A stretch of 64,000 nucleotides of DNA from Squalus acanthias (Eukaryota), in the NCBI GenBank assembly GCA_030390025.1, contig CM059431.1, forward strand, positions 158,970,001 to 159,034,000, written 5' to 3'. Under the pieces are notes generated by a model. It was given only the letters and a program-made list of their open reading frames with translations. It did not search any database and was not told where the DNA came from. The translations under genes were made by a program, and so were the position numbers. This document shows positions 50,201-61,832 of this stretch, piece after piece. Position 1 is the stretch's first letter. Each line of letters opens with the position of its first letter.

Positions 50201-51901
50201 GTGGATTGTGCTGCAGCAGCACAGGAGGGAATTCCTCCAGTTGGCTCATGAGGGGCCGGGGCAGGACACCCCGGGCCTGAGGTTACCTGGCAACGGGTAG
50301 AGCAGGCGGGATGGTGTCCGGGACTCAGGGAGCAGGTCCGCGAGTTCTGTGCAAGCTGTCTTGTGTGCGCTGCAAACAACCCAGACCCCCAGAAAAGGAA
50401 AGTGCTATTGGGGCACATCAGGAGGGTGGAGGGACCATGGCAGACGATACAGATCGATTACATAGGGCCCCTGCCCAACACCCAGGGAGGCTACAAATAC
50501 TGCCTCGTCCTGGTGGATGTGCTTTCCAATTGGGTAGAAGCCTTTCCCTGTAGAACAGCTACGGCGCTGGGTACTGCCAAGATCTTGGTCCGGGAAGTGT
50601 TCTCGCGGTGGGGACTCCCCCGTTTCGTGGAGTCAGACCAAGGGAGTCATTTCACCGGCCAGGTGATGCAGAGCACCCTCACTCTTTTGGGCCTTGAAGG
50701 GAAGTGGCACGTAGCGCACAATCCCCAGTCATCAGGGATTGTTCAACGCATGAACCGGACCCTCAAGGAAAAACTGAGGAAAGAGACTATGAATATGCCC
50801 CAAAAATGGGCGGAGGTTCTGCCTCTAGTCCTCATGGGGATTCGGGCCAGCCAGTCGAAGAGTACGGGGTATTGCCTGTACGAGGTGATGACTGGGAGGA
50901 TCATGCGAACCCCCACCCATTTACTAGACCCGGTGCTCACTGAGGATCAGCTCCAAGAGGTGAAACGGGACAAATTTGTCCAGACCCTCTTGGAGCACCT
51001 GAAGCAGGATTACGAGCAGGCGGCTGGGAACATGGGAAGACAGCAACAGGGCAATCGCCTGTTGCTGGAACCCCGTAAGAAGCAGGAGTGGGAAGTCGGA
51101 AATCAGGTCATGTTTAGGAACTATGCCAGAGTAGGGAGTTTGGAACCACTGTATATGGGACCCTACAGTATTGTAGATAAGGCGAGTCCCATGGTGTACG
51201 CAATAAAGGTATCCCGGCGCACGAAATGGTTCCACATTAACCAGTGCAAGTTGTATAAACCGGGTGCACATGGGTCAACCACAGGGGCCAAACCTGCGAG
51301 TGGGGACTCTCAGCCCCGTGTAGAACCGAAGGGCACACAGGCCGGTAAAGCAGCCTGCTTGAGGGGAGAGGACATTCTTGAACAGTGTAGGATCTTTTCT
51401 TGATGTTGGGATTCAGATGAGGAAGAGCTCGGAGAGCTCGACCAAGGTAGTGACCCAGTCGGAGACGTGGTGGGTTCGGAGGACGGAGGTTCCGCCCTCG
51501 ACCCAAGCATAGGGGAGATAGGGATTGCGAGTGGAGTTCCACTTACTGGAGAGACAAGTAGGGTGGAGTCGGAAACTGCAGATCCCGAGCCCAGGGGGGC
51601 GGAGCCAGGGGAGACAGATGCGGCGGCTGTGGTAGGACCACAGGCCGTGACGGTGGAAGTCTCGGTTCCCGGTCCGTCGGTCCTGGAAATCTTGCCCAAG
51701 GTAGCCCTCCGCAGGTCGAGTCGGACACCCCAGCCCAGGAAGCTGTGGTCAAATCCCTCGTACACCTGCAGGCGTAAGTTCAAGGCAGCCCAGGGAGATC
51801 CCAGTCCCAGCGCAGCGGCGACACGCTGCGGCAGATCAAAGGAAGGGGTCAGTGACGCCCAGCCACTGGGAAAAGCTCGTGGCAGCCTTCGCAGAATTTA
51901 G
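47244..51901 (+). pseudogene. pol: ERV-B pro-pol: protease, RT, tether, RNase H, integrase with GPY module and acidic tail; interrupted by a V-SINE
   Basis: LLDTGAS..GILGSDLL; QYVDDLL at about 48303; EIYVDGS..CSDS..KVKAH..GNQHAD; IDYIGPLP..ESDQGSHF; YMGPY; 51467-51901 is in frame with 50363-51403 across one TGA. Confidence 0.93.
49043..49391 (-). mobile_element. 5'-truncated V-SINE (HE1-like) with a CR1 family b 3' tail
   Basis: Reverse strand V-domain tgtgtggagtttgcacattctccccgtgtctgcgtgggtttcctccgggtgctccggtttcctcccacagtcc, then the CR1 stem-loop and (tttctatg)n. Confidence 0.9.
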
Positions 51902-52170
51902 GTAGGCCGCCCTGGGAACGGGCGGCGCTGTACAGTTAAGTTTAGGTTAAGTTGAAGTTTATAGTGTTTTAAGTTTGTTAAGATTGTAGTTTAATTTTAT
52001 AAGTAAATGTTGAAATGATGGGAGTTAGTGATAGGCATAGTTAAGGTCTATCCAGTATACATGTCTTTGTACGTGAGACGAGGTAAAGTGACCCGCTCAC
52101 CCTTCACAAAAGCCAGAGACTCTTGGGAGGCTGGCAACATCATTTTATCTGATCACAGGAACCAGGAGAT

Positions 52171-55100
52171 ATGGAAAGGATTCTGATAGTGCTTGCAACG
52201 ATCGGATATGGATTTACCTATCGTGGCCTCACCAAGGATGTCGTTGTGTTCGGTTGCACCGGGGACATGGGCCCCATCGCGACGGATGGGACCGGGGAAC
52301 GAAAGGCTGAGGAAACCGCCACTTATTTCCACAAGGGAAGGTGGCCGGGATGGCTGGGAACGAATTCGACGGAATACTCCAGCGCATCAGGGTTTGCATA
52401 CAAAAAGACTTCTTTACTGTGTCCCAGTGTGAGGATCGTTGCACCCAGAATCAGTGTCACCGTCGGCAAAAGGATTTGTTTGACGTGCAATGGGAAGGTC
52501 CCATTGAGCCGATGGTGGTGGTTACGGAAGTTAAGCAAGACTATGAGAAATTCCTCGGTCGAGTGGGAGCGATTGGGTAACAATACCCATCGGACAATTA
52601 CAGGGACTAACGGACAATTGAAAGTCTGTTGGGACAAATGGTGGGAACCAGATGAGGGAATATATGTTTGTATGTGGGGATCGAAGTACGTTTGCCCCAA
52701 GGGTATATCCATATTTTTCCTACAACAGTGGCAGGATGACGGGAAAGGGATGAGGTGGGATGTCAGCACCAATGGGTTTGGAGCTCCATTCTCCCTGATC
52801 CCGGTAAACGCCATTGAACTCATCACGCGCCCATGCAAGTCTCCGCCCACGATTCCGGTGGCATTGGCTCAGGAGGAAGGGTGCCCTAAAACCACTAAGG
52901 GGCCCGGGAATGGTCTGGTACTGGTGCCAACAGATCAGATACTATATCAAGGGGTACATTACGCGGTGGCTTCGGTGATTCTAAATCTCACCGAGGTGCA
53001 TTTACCAGAGTGGTGTCCCAAAGAAATGGAACAATTGTACCAGGTCCTGTTAACAAACATGTTCAGGTAATTTTATGAGATTGATTTTGCAGAGGTTGAC
53101 AAAACAAGCTTATACACCACACCACACGAAGTGTTGGGTCAGGTGGGGAGAGAAAGTAGGGCTGTTGTGAACGATGTGTTCACTGCTTTTAATACGGGAA
53201 CATCTGTGGTCAACGCTCTAGACAATGTGGAGCTGCAGACCCAGATCAACGGTTTAAAATCATCCTCACAAACGAGAACAAGGTAGTAGGGTCTGAGTTA
53301 CATGAGGACCAGCCCATGACACTACACATAAAAGAGATTATAGCAGAGCTGGAGAAGCATGCGAGAACGGTAAATGCCCTGATCAGGGAAGATCGAAATG
53401 CATCCGATCAAGCTGCGCAGAACGAGCTTTGCGTACTACACGGGGCGTGGTTACTGGGCGAGGGCCGCAGTAATTTGGAGGATTTAAAACAAGGTTTGGT
53501 CCCGTCCTGGATAAGTAACAAACACCTGCAAGCGCTCCACCCTTTTCAGAACGCATTAAGCCCGTGCCATCTCAGGCTAGCCTCAGAGGCATACCCAGTC
53601 CCAGTGGACTGCGGACGGTCAAATCACACTATCATGGGGATAGTAGTACGGATGCCGGTGTTGGGAGACACAGCAAAGCCCGCCCCGGTGTACCGGGTGG
53701 AGAACATTGGTGTCATTCAGGGGGGAGCCCACATTCGCTAAGCAGCGGTCCCACCTTACGTCATCAGCTGGGAGCAAACGATGACAGGTACCGACCTTTC
53801 GGGTTGTCGTGGCCGGGGAGCACACATCATACTTTGTCCACAGCACTTGAATGCCTTTTTAACACCACAATGAGGGTTCAGAACGGCTGGCGCGAAGCCC
53901 ATGAATTGCACCATTGAAGGAATGACACAAGATCATGTGCCGCCACAGGTGGCATACATAGGGGGTGGAACGTATTGCGTTACCACTGCAGCGCAAATCT
54001 AAAAAGGTGACTCAACCGTGGATAACAGGGGAAATTAGAGACAGCATAAAATCCAAAGATAGGGCGTATAAAATAGCCAAAAAAAGCGCCAGAGCGGAAG
54101 ATTGGGAACAGTTTAAGATAGAGCAAAGGAGGACAAAGGGCTTAATCAAGAGGGGCAAAATAGCTTACGAAAGCAAGCTGGCGGAAAATAAAAAAACTAA
54201 CTCCAAAAGCTTTTATAAGTATATCAAGAGGAAAAGACTGGTGAAAACCAAAGTTGGCCCATTGCAGTCAGATACGGGGGAATATATAACGGGATATAAA
54301 GAAATGGCAGACCAACTAAATGCATACTTTGGGTCAGTCTTTACGAAGGAAGACACAAAAAACCTCCCTGGGATATCGGGAAAAATAGGGACATTTGCAA
54401 AGGAGGAACTGACGCAAGTCAATATCTCTAAGGATATGGTGTTAAGGAAGCTAAAGGGATTGAAGGCGGACAAATCCCCAGGGCCTGATAACATGCATCC
54501 TCGGGTGCTGTAGGAGGTGGCCCTAGAGATAGCGGATGCACTAAGTATGATTTTTCAGAATTCATTAGACTCGGGAACAGTGCCCATGGATTGGAGGGTA
54601 GCTAACGTTACCCCACTATTCAAAAAGGGGGGTAGGGAAAAAGCAGGTAATTACAGACCTGTAAGCCTTACATCAGTTGTGGGCAAAATGCTGGAGTCCA
54701 TCATTAAGGATGAAATAGCGGAGCACTTAGCAAATGGGGACAGGATAGGACAGAGTCAACATGGATTTACAAAGGGTAAATCGTGCTTGACTAATCTATT
54801 GCAATTTTTTGAGGGAGTAACTGGTAAAATAGATGGGGGAGAGCCAGTAGATGTGGTGTACCTGGACTTCCAAAAGGCCTTCGATAAGGTCCCACATAAA
54901 AGATTAGCAGGGAAAATTGAAGCTCATGGGATAAAGGAGAAAGTATTGACGTGGATAGAGAACTGGCTGTCAGATAGAAAACAGAGAGTTGGAATAAACG
55001 ACTCATTTTCTGAATGGCAGGCAGTAACAAGTGGGTTACCACAGGGATCTGTCCTGGGTCCCCAGCTGTTCACAATTTACATTAATGACCTGGATCAGGG

Positions 55101-56565
55101 AGTCGGATGCAGCATTTCCAAATTTGCAGACGACACTAAACTAGGAGGGGTGGTGGGCTCAGAGGAGGAGACCAGGAAGCTCCAGAGCGATTTGGACAGA
55201 CTGGGTGATTGGGCGGATAAATGGCAGATGCACTATAATGTGGACAAGTGCGAAGTTATCCACCTTGGGTGCAGGAACGGGAGGGCAAATTATTATTTAA
55301 ATGGCAATAAATTGGGAGAGGGGGAAGTACAGAGAGACCTGGGTGTTCTTGTACACCAGTCACTGAAGGCGAGCATGCAGGTGCAACAGGCGATCAAGAA
55401 GGCAAACGGTATGCTGGCCTTCATAGCAAAAGGGTTGGAATACAGGAACAGGGATACCTTGCTGCAGCTGTACAGGGCACTGGTGAGACCACACCTCGAG
55501 TACTGTGTACAGTTTTGGTCGCCTCATCTGAGGAAAGATGTTCTTGCCATGGAGGGGGTGCAGCGGCGATTCACCAGGCTGATACCAGGAATGGCGGGAT
55601 TGACCTATGAGGAGAGACTATGTAGTTTAGGGATGTACACACTGGAGTTTAGAAGATTGAGAGGGGACCTCATAGAAGTGTATAAAATTCTGACAGGTCT
55701 AGACAGACTAGATGCAGAAGGAATGTTTCCCTTGGCGGGTGAGAACAGAACTAGAGGACATAATTTAAGTTAAGGGCTAAACCATTTAGGACAGAAATGA
55801 GGGGGAATGTCTTCACTCAGAGGGTGGTGAACCTGTGGAACTCATTGCCACAGAGGGCAGTGTACGCCAGCTCATTAAATATATTTAAGAGGGAATTAGA
55901 TATATTTCTACAGGCAAAAGGGGTTAAGGGTTACGGAGAGAAGGCGGGGACGGGATACGGAATTGGAGGATCAGCCATGATCTCATTAAATGGCGGAGCA
56001 GGCTCGAAGGGCCGGATGGCCTACTCCTGCTCCTATCTTCTATGTATCTATGTATGTACCAGCATAGACAGCACAGCCGGTGTCCGGTGAGTGTCAGCAG
56101 ATTCTGTTTTAAACCCAGGGCTGAAGTTCAAGTGGCACAACAGCGAATTATCCCGATCCCTGAACCATCCACTGTTCACCTCACTGTAAAAGAGAATTAC
56201 ACAGACTTGCAGCGAATCGTCGCGCATTTCGGATACATCATTCCCCCTCTCCCTGAACACCTCACCAAGATTTTAAAAGCCGTCATGGTATCACAGAAAC
56301 ATTTTTACACCCTGGAACAAAAGACTGTATAGATTGGGCAGAGATATTAGATTTAGTAATCCCACCGTGGTGGGATCTGTTCACTAATATTGAAGTCCCA
56401 TCATGGATCAGGATAGCCTCCCACATTTTGGTAGTGTGTCAAGTCGTAATTGTAGTGTACCTAATGGTCGTACACTGCAAAAGAGGCAAACGCCTCACGA
56501 GTCAGGAGAACACAGAGGAGTGGAGAGAACATTATGTGCGCGTGAACGAGGAAAGTACCGCGTAA
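52171..56565 (+). pseudogene. env: ERV-B env: signal peptide, Ig-like domain, F-like fusogen, TM; interrupted by CR1 at 53995-56057
   Basis: MERILIVLATIGYG; ISVTVGKRICLTC..WWW..DEGIYVC; RESR/AVVNDVFTAFNTGTSVVNALD; PPWWD..ILVVCQVVIVVYLMVV; stop at 56563-56565; acceptor-like cag at 52156-52158. Confidence 0.88.
53995..56057 (+). mobile_element. 5'-truncated CR1 family a inside ERV-B env
   Basis: Near-identical to 6705-8765; ORF 54517-55773. Confidence 0.95.
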
Positions 56566-56946
56566 ACGGCCAGGATGACGCCGCGCGATTTTACCATGTG
56601 TGTTTTTGTAATTGTTGTTAGTTATGAATATGTGTAACTAAGTTCGGAACTTTTGTATTTTTAAAATAGTTGGTTTGATTATTTTTTCCTTTTATAATAA
56701 AACATTCATATACAGGTGGTGCGAGAGGCATCGGACTTTTGCACCTGGAAGGCGTATACGCAGTGTAAGTTTAAAGGCAATACTGCCTACGATTTGTCCA
56801 AGATAGACCTTGTGTTTTCTCTGGGAAATGAGGACTGCATGGAGGCCATAGATAGTTTAAGAACCGGGAGTGTTTGGATGTGGAGAATCGGGATAATTGT
56901 GCTCACCACCTTTTTAATTGTTATGATAAGCGGAGTTATTCGCATC

Positions 56947-56958
56947 AACAGGAGGGAC
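56947..56958 (+). promoter_or_regulatory. ERV-B polypurine tract
   Basis: aacaggagggac abutting the TGT of the 3' LTR. Confidence 0.75.
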
Positions 56959-58567
56959 TGTAAAGTTTCGCAATTATCACGATTCAAAATAACAAGAGAG
57001 AAGCAGATTCGTTTGATCAGCTTTATTAAACGAAATGCTGTCCTGATAATAAAGGACACAGAAGCCTGTAAAATGGCCGCCGCGCATCGTGGCTGAAGCT
57101 TCCAGAAATACAGTGCGCAGACAAGATGGCGTTGAATAAACATTCAGTATAAGATTGGATCATGCTCGGTAAACACTGATAAAGACAGAATGCAACCCGT
57201 TTGCATTTGGAACAATAGCAAAGATATAAGTGCTGGAATCGTTTTCCTATGCACAGTAAGGACCATTGTACTGGGCAATTGAATGCCCATCCAGACACAT
57301 CAATACACAAATACTCCCACGGCTCTACAATGAGAGTGAAATTGACGGGTGATTAAATCAGTATTCGGGGAGGCCCCAAAACCAGTCAGGGAGACTCCTG
57401 GCTGGGTCAACAATGGGGAAAACATTAACGGATAGTTGGCCAGTTTCAGGTGCTACCGAAACCCGTTAAAGAGAAGAATCGCCCCATGGTGGGAGTTTTG
57501 TGCGCCAATATTACACAAAGGACAAACATTAAGATTTGAGCGGGAGATAAGGGGACACAGCACTATAACTATAGATAACAATTGTCCATCGCTCTCTTTT
57601 TTTCTCTTATCTCTCGGCGGACCCTTGCTGAAGCTCTTCCTTGGAACTGGACTTTTGTGTTTCTCTGGACTTTGTTGACTCTTGACTCTTAGCCGTACTG
57701 GTCGGTTATTCGAATTTTGGGTGGAGCTCAATCGGAACGAGACGCCCCAACAAGGGCAAGTAACGGGGTACACCATCCCGAGTGTCGGTAAACGGTGTCT
57801 GGACCCGGAGGCCCGAAGAGACGAGACGAGAAGAAGACGAGAAGAATCCACGTGCCGCCACGGTCAGTAAACCCCGACCGCGCCCGAAAATATAAATAAA
57901 AAACTCTTCTTTGAGTTCTACCGACTACAACCTGTATCGAGCACAGGAAGACTCTTCTTTGAATTTTACAAACGTTCCGAGTTCTGCCGAGTTCCTCATG
58001 ACAACAGAGAGCCTGGCCTGCTTTTCGCAGCAGCGAAAGTAAACAAGTGGGGTGCAGAAGCCCTTCCAAACACGTGACAGTCAGGCGCTGCAGCGAAACG
58101 AGCTGAGTGCCTCACTTTAAAAATCTCAGAAGTAACACGAGTGGTGAGCATGTTTTCCGATCCTACAAATCTAGACGTAGTGTAGGTATTGTTAAGGGAG
58201 GTAGGTTTTTAATAAGGTTAAGGTATAATGTGTTCCCGTTTTTAGGATGTGCCGTGTGTTCATCATTTCCATAGACCAAGCTTTATGAATGTATGTATAG
58301 TTTTACTCTCGTTGATTTGCGCCTATGACATGTACTTCATGAATTTGGACGCTATGCAATAAAGATTTCCATTTCGTACTATTTGAGTTTTCTCTCCATT
58401 ACTGCTCCCTGCACCTAAGTCCATTGTTAGAACAGTAAGGGCGAGTGGGTCGAACCACTCGCAAGTGCTTATTGCAAAAAGGCTGGCCGGAGACGAGAGA
58501 AAGCAATAGTATTAGGCAACGAAGGCCTAACCTCGCACCAGCACCGTCTGAGACACGCCCCCTTACA
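56959..58567 (+). repeat. ERV-B 3' LTR (1609 bp)
   Basis: Roughly 5-7% diverged from the 5' LTR by eye; AATAAA at 58358-58363. Confidence 0.95.
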
Positions 58568-58711
58568 ATTCCACAGGTTCACCACTCCCTGGGTGAAGAA
58601 ATTCCTCCTCATCTCAGTCCAAAATGGCTTTTCCCTTATCCTTAGACTGTGACCTCTAGTTTTGGACTCCCCGGCCATCGGGAACATCCTTCCTGCATCT
58701 AGTCTGTCTAG

Positions 58712-59706
58712 TACATAGATACTTAGATACATAGAAGATAGGAGCAGGAGTAGGCCATCCGGCCCTTCGAGCCTGCTCCGCCATTTAATGAGATCATGGC
58801 TGATCCTCCAATTCAGTATCCCGTCCCCGCCTTCTCTCCGTAACCCTTAACCCCTTTTGCCTGTAGAAATATATCTAATTCCCTCTTAAATATATTTAAT
58901 GAGCTGGCGTACACTGCCCTCTGTGGCAATGAGTTCCACAGGTTCACCACCCTCTGAGTGAAGAAATTCCCCCTCATTTCTGTCCTAAATGGTTTAGCCC
59001 TTATCCTTAAATTATGTCCTCTAGTTCTGTTCTCACCCGCCAAGGGAAACATTCCTTCTGCATCTAGTCTGTCTAGACCTGTCAGAATTTTATGCACTTC
59101 TATGAGGTCCCCTCTCAATCTTCTAAACTCCAGTGTGTACATACCTAAACTACATAATCTCTCCTCATAGGTCAATCCCGCCATTCCTGGTATCAGCCTG
59201 GTGAATCGCCGCTGCACCCCCTCCATGGCAAGAACATCTTTCCTCAGATGAGGCGACCAAAACTGTACACAGTACTCGAGGTGTGGTGTCGCCAGTGCCC
59301 TGTACAGCTGCAGCAAGGTATCCCTGTTCCTGTATTCCAACCCTTTTGCTATGAAGGCCAGCATACCGTTTGCCTTCTTGACCGCCTGTTGCACCTGCAT
59401 GCTCGCCTTCAGTGACTGGTGTACAAGAACACCCAGGTCTCTCTGTACTTCCCCCTCTCCCAATTTATTGCCATTTAAATAATAATTTGCCCTCCCGTTC
59501 CTGCACCCAAGGTGGATAACTTCGCACTTGTCCACATTATAGTGCATCTGCCATTTATCCGCCCAATCACCCAGTCTGTCCAAATCGCTCTGGAGCTTCC
59601 TGGTCTCCTCCTCTGAGCCCACCCCCCCTCCTAGTTTAGTGTCGTCTGCAAATTTAGAAATGCTGCATCCGACTCCCTGACCCAGGTCATGAATGTAAAT
59701 TGTGAA
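58712..59706 (-). mobile_element. 5'-truncated CR1 family a nested in the family b CR1
   Basis: ORF 58813-59721(-) near-identical to the other family a copies; tail at 58712. Confidence 0.95.
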
Positions 59707-61832
59707 TTTTATAAGTTTCAATGAGATCTCCTCTCATTCATCTAAACTCCAGCGAGTATAAGCCCAATCGACCCAATCTCTCCTCATACATCATTCCTGC
59801 CATCCAAGGTATCAGCCAGGTGTATCTTCGCTGCATTCCCTCCATGGCAAGAACATCCTTCCTCAGATAAGGCGATCTAAACTGTGCACAGTACTCAAGA
59901 TGTGGACTCACCAAGGCCCCGTACAACAGCAGCAAGACATCCTTGTTCCTGTACTAGTACCCTTTCGCTACGAAGGCCAACATACCATTTGCCTTCTTCA
60001 ACGCCTGCTGCACCTGCATGCTTACCTTCAGCGACTGGTGCACAAGGAAACCCAGGTCTCGTTGCACTTCTCCTTCTCCCAAACTATTGCCATTCAGATA
60101 ATAATCTGCCTTCCTGTTTTTTTTATACCAAAGTGATTAACCTCGCATTTATCCACATTATGTTGCATCTGCCAAGCTTCTGCCCAATCACCCAACCTGT
60201 CCAAATCATACTGGAGTTTCTCAGCATCCTCCTCACGGCACACACTCCCACCCAGCTTTGTGTCACCTGCAAACTTGGAGATATTACATCCAATTCCCTC
60301 GTCTAGATCATTAATATATATTGTGAATAGCTGGAGTCCCAGCACCGAACCCTGCGGTACCCCTCTAGTCACGGCCTGCCACTTGGAAAAAGACCCATTT
60401 ATTCCAACTCTTTGCTTTTGGTCTGCCAAGCAGTTCTCTATCCAAAATCAATACCTTCCCCCCAATCCCATGTGCCTTAACTTTACACGCCAATCTCTTA
60501 TGCGGGACCTTATCTAAAGGCTTCTGAAAGTCCAAATATACCACATCCACTGGTTTTCCCTTATCTTTTTTACCAGTTACATCCTCAAAAAAATTCAATA
60601 GATTAGTCAAGCACGATTTACCTTTTGTAAATCCATGTTTACTTTGTCCGATCCTGTCACTGTTTTCCAAGTGCTCTGCTATTACATCTTTTATAATGGA
60701 CTCTAGCATTTTCCCCACTACCGATGTCAGGCTTACCGGATATAATTCCCCGTTTTCTCTCTACCACCTTTTTTAAATAGTGGGGTAACATTAGCTATCC
60801 TCCAATCCATGGGTACTGTTCCAGAGTCTATAGAATTTTGGAAGATGACCAGCAATGCATCTACTGTTTCGAGGGCCACTTCCTCAAGTACCCGAGGATG
60901 TAGATTATCAGGCCCTGGGGATTTATCGGCCTTTAAACCCGTCAATTTCCCTAACACTATTTCCCTACAAATACTGATTTCTTTCAGTTCCTCCATCTCA
61001 TTAGACCCTATATTCCCCGACATCTCTGGGAGGTTATTTGTGTCCTCCTTTTTGAAGGCAGAACCAAAGTATGTACTTAATTGAGCTGCCATTTCTTTGT
61101 TCCCCATTATAAATTCCTATGTGCAGAGGCCCAGGAGCGCGAGTCTCCGTGAATCCCGAGGAAGAAGGTAGGCGTGGATTTTAATAGCGGATCGGAGGCA
61201 TTTCCCCGCTGGAGCCCTGCCCATTCATTTTTTTTAAACAATTTTTACATTAACAATCAAGTGAAGATTCCATATTTTTACCTGACTGTTTTTCAGCTTC
61301 AAACCCACAGTCCCTTATTGACACGTATTGCTGATGTTCAGGAGGCTTTCCAATAAATAACGACATCAACAAAAAATAATTAATCAGCTATGTCCTGTCT
61401 CGGTTCCCAATGTGGAAATAAGTAAAAATCAGCCCAGTCCGTCGCTTTCAGATATTCACCCCTGTTAGACAGTGAGGCCGGCAGTACAGACATTAACTGG
61501 AGATGGGGCCTTGAACCCAATGCCCGAGGTACTCGGGAATTCTGGGACTCGCACTGGAAGATCCAACCGCTCAGCAATTGACCGGCTCATACAAACGAAC
61601 AAAGGCTGCACTGAACCCACTGTACATGGGCTCGAGGTCTGTCACTTTAAGTGACACATCAATCGATTGGTAAATATTAATGGTTTGACACCGGTGAAAG
61701 CATTTGGAATCGTCAATAGCTCGTAATCCAACCTCGTGAAGATTCAAAAGTTAATTTTATCAACAAAAGTTAATTGAAAACAAAAATAATATTCAAATGC
61801 GCATAGGCTGGTAATTTTGCAAAACAAATAAT

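Larger units (their letters stand above)
43795..58567 (+). mobile_element. ERV-B: full-length LTR-gag-pro-pol-env-LTR provirus, lokiretrovirus-like, younger than ERV-A
   Basis: TGTAA..TTACA termini, exact 4-bp TSD attc (43791-43794 / 58568-58571), PBS, PPT and all domains. Confidence 0.95.
43579..61117 (-). mobile_element. 5'-truncated CR1 family b, host of ERV-B; pieces 43579-43794, 58568-58711 and 59707-61117
   Basis: Tail at 43579; gtggtagagaattc/cacaggttcacc rejoins across ERV-B; RT ORFs 60094-61107(-). Confidence 0.92.

Noticed and set aside
50221..50231. Central PPT copy (acaggaggg; also about 14730 and 15006 in A)
   Set aside because: A 9-nt match in purine-rich coding sequence, at non-equivalent positions in A and B
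53965..54513. Apparent Env-LINE fusion ORFs (also 8688-9170, 13384-13734, 55797-56090, 56042-56332)
   Set aside because: Chance read-through across insertion junctions
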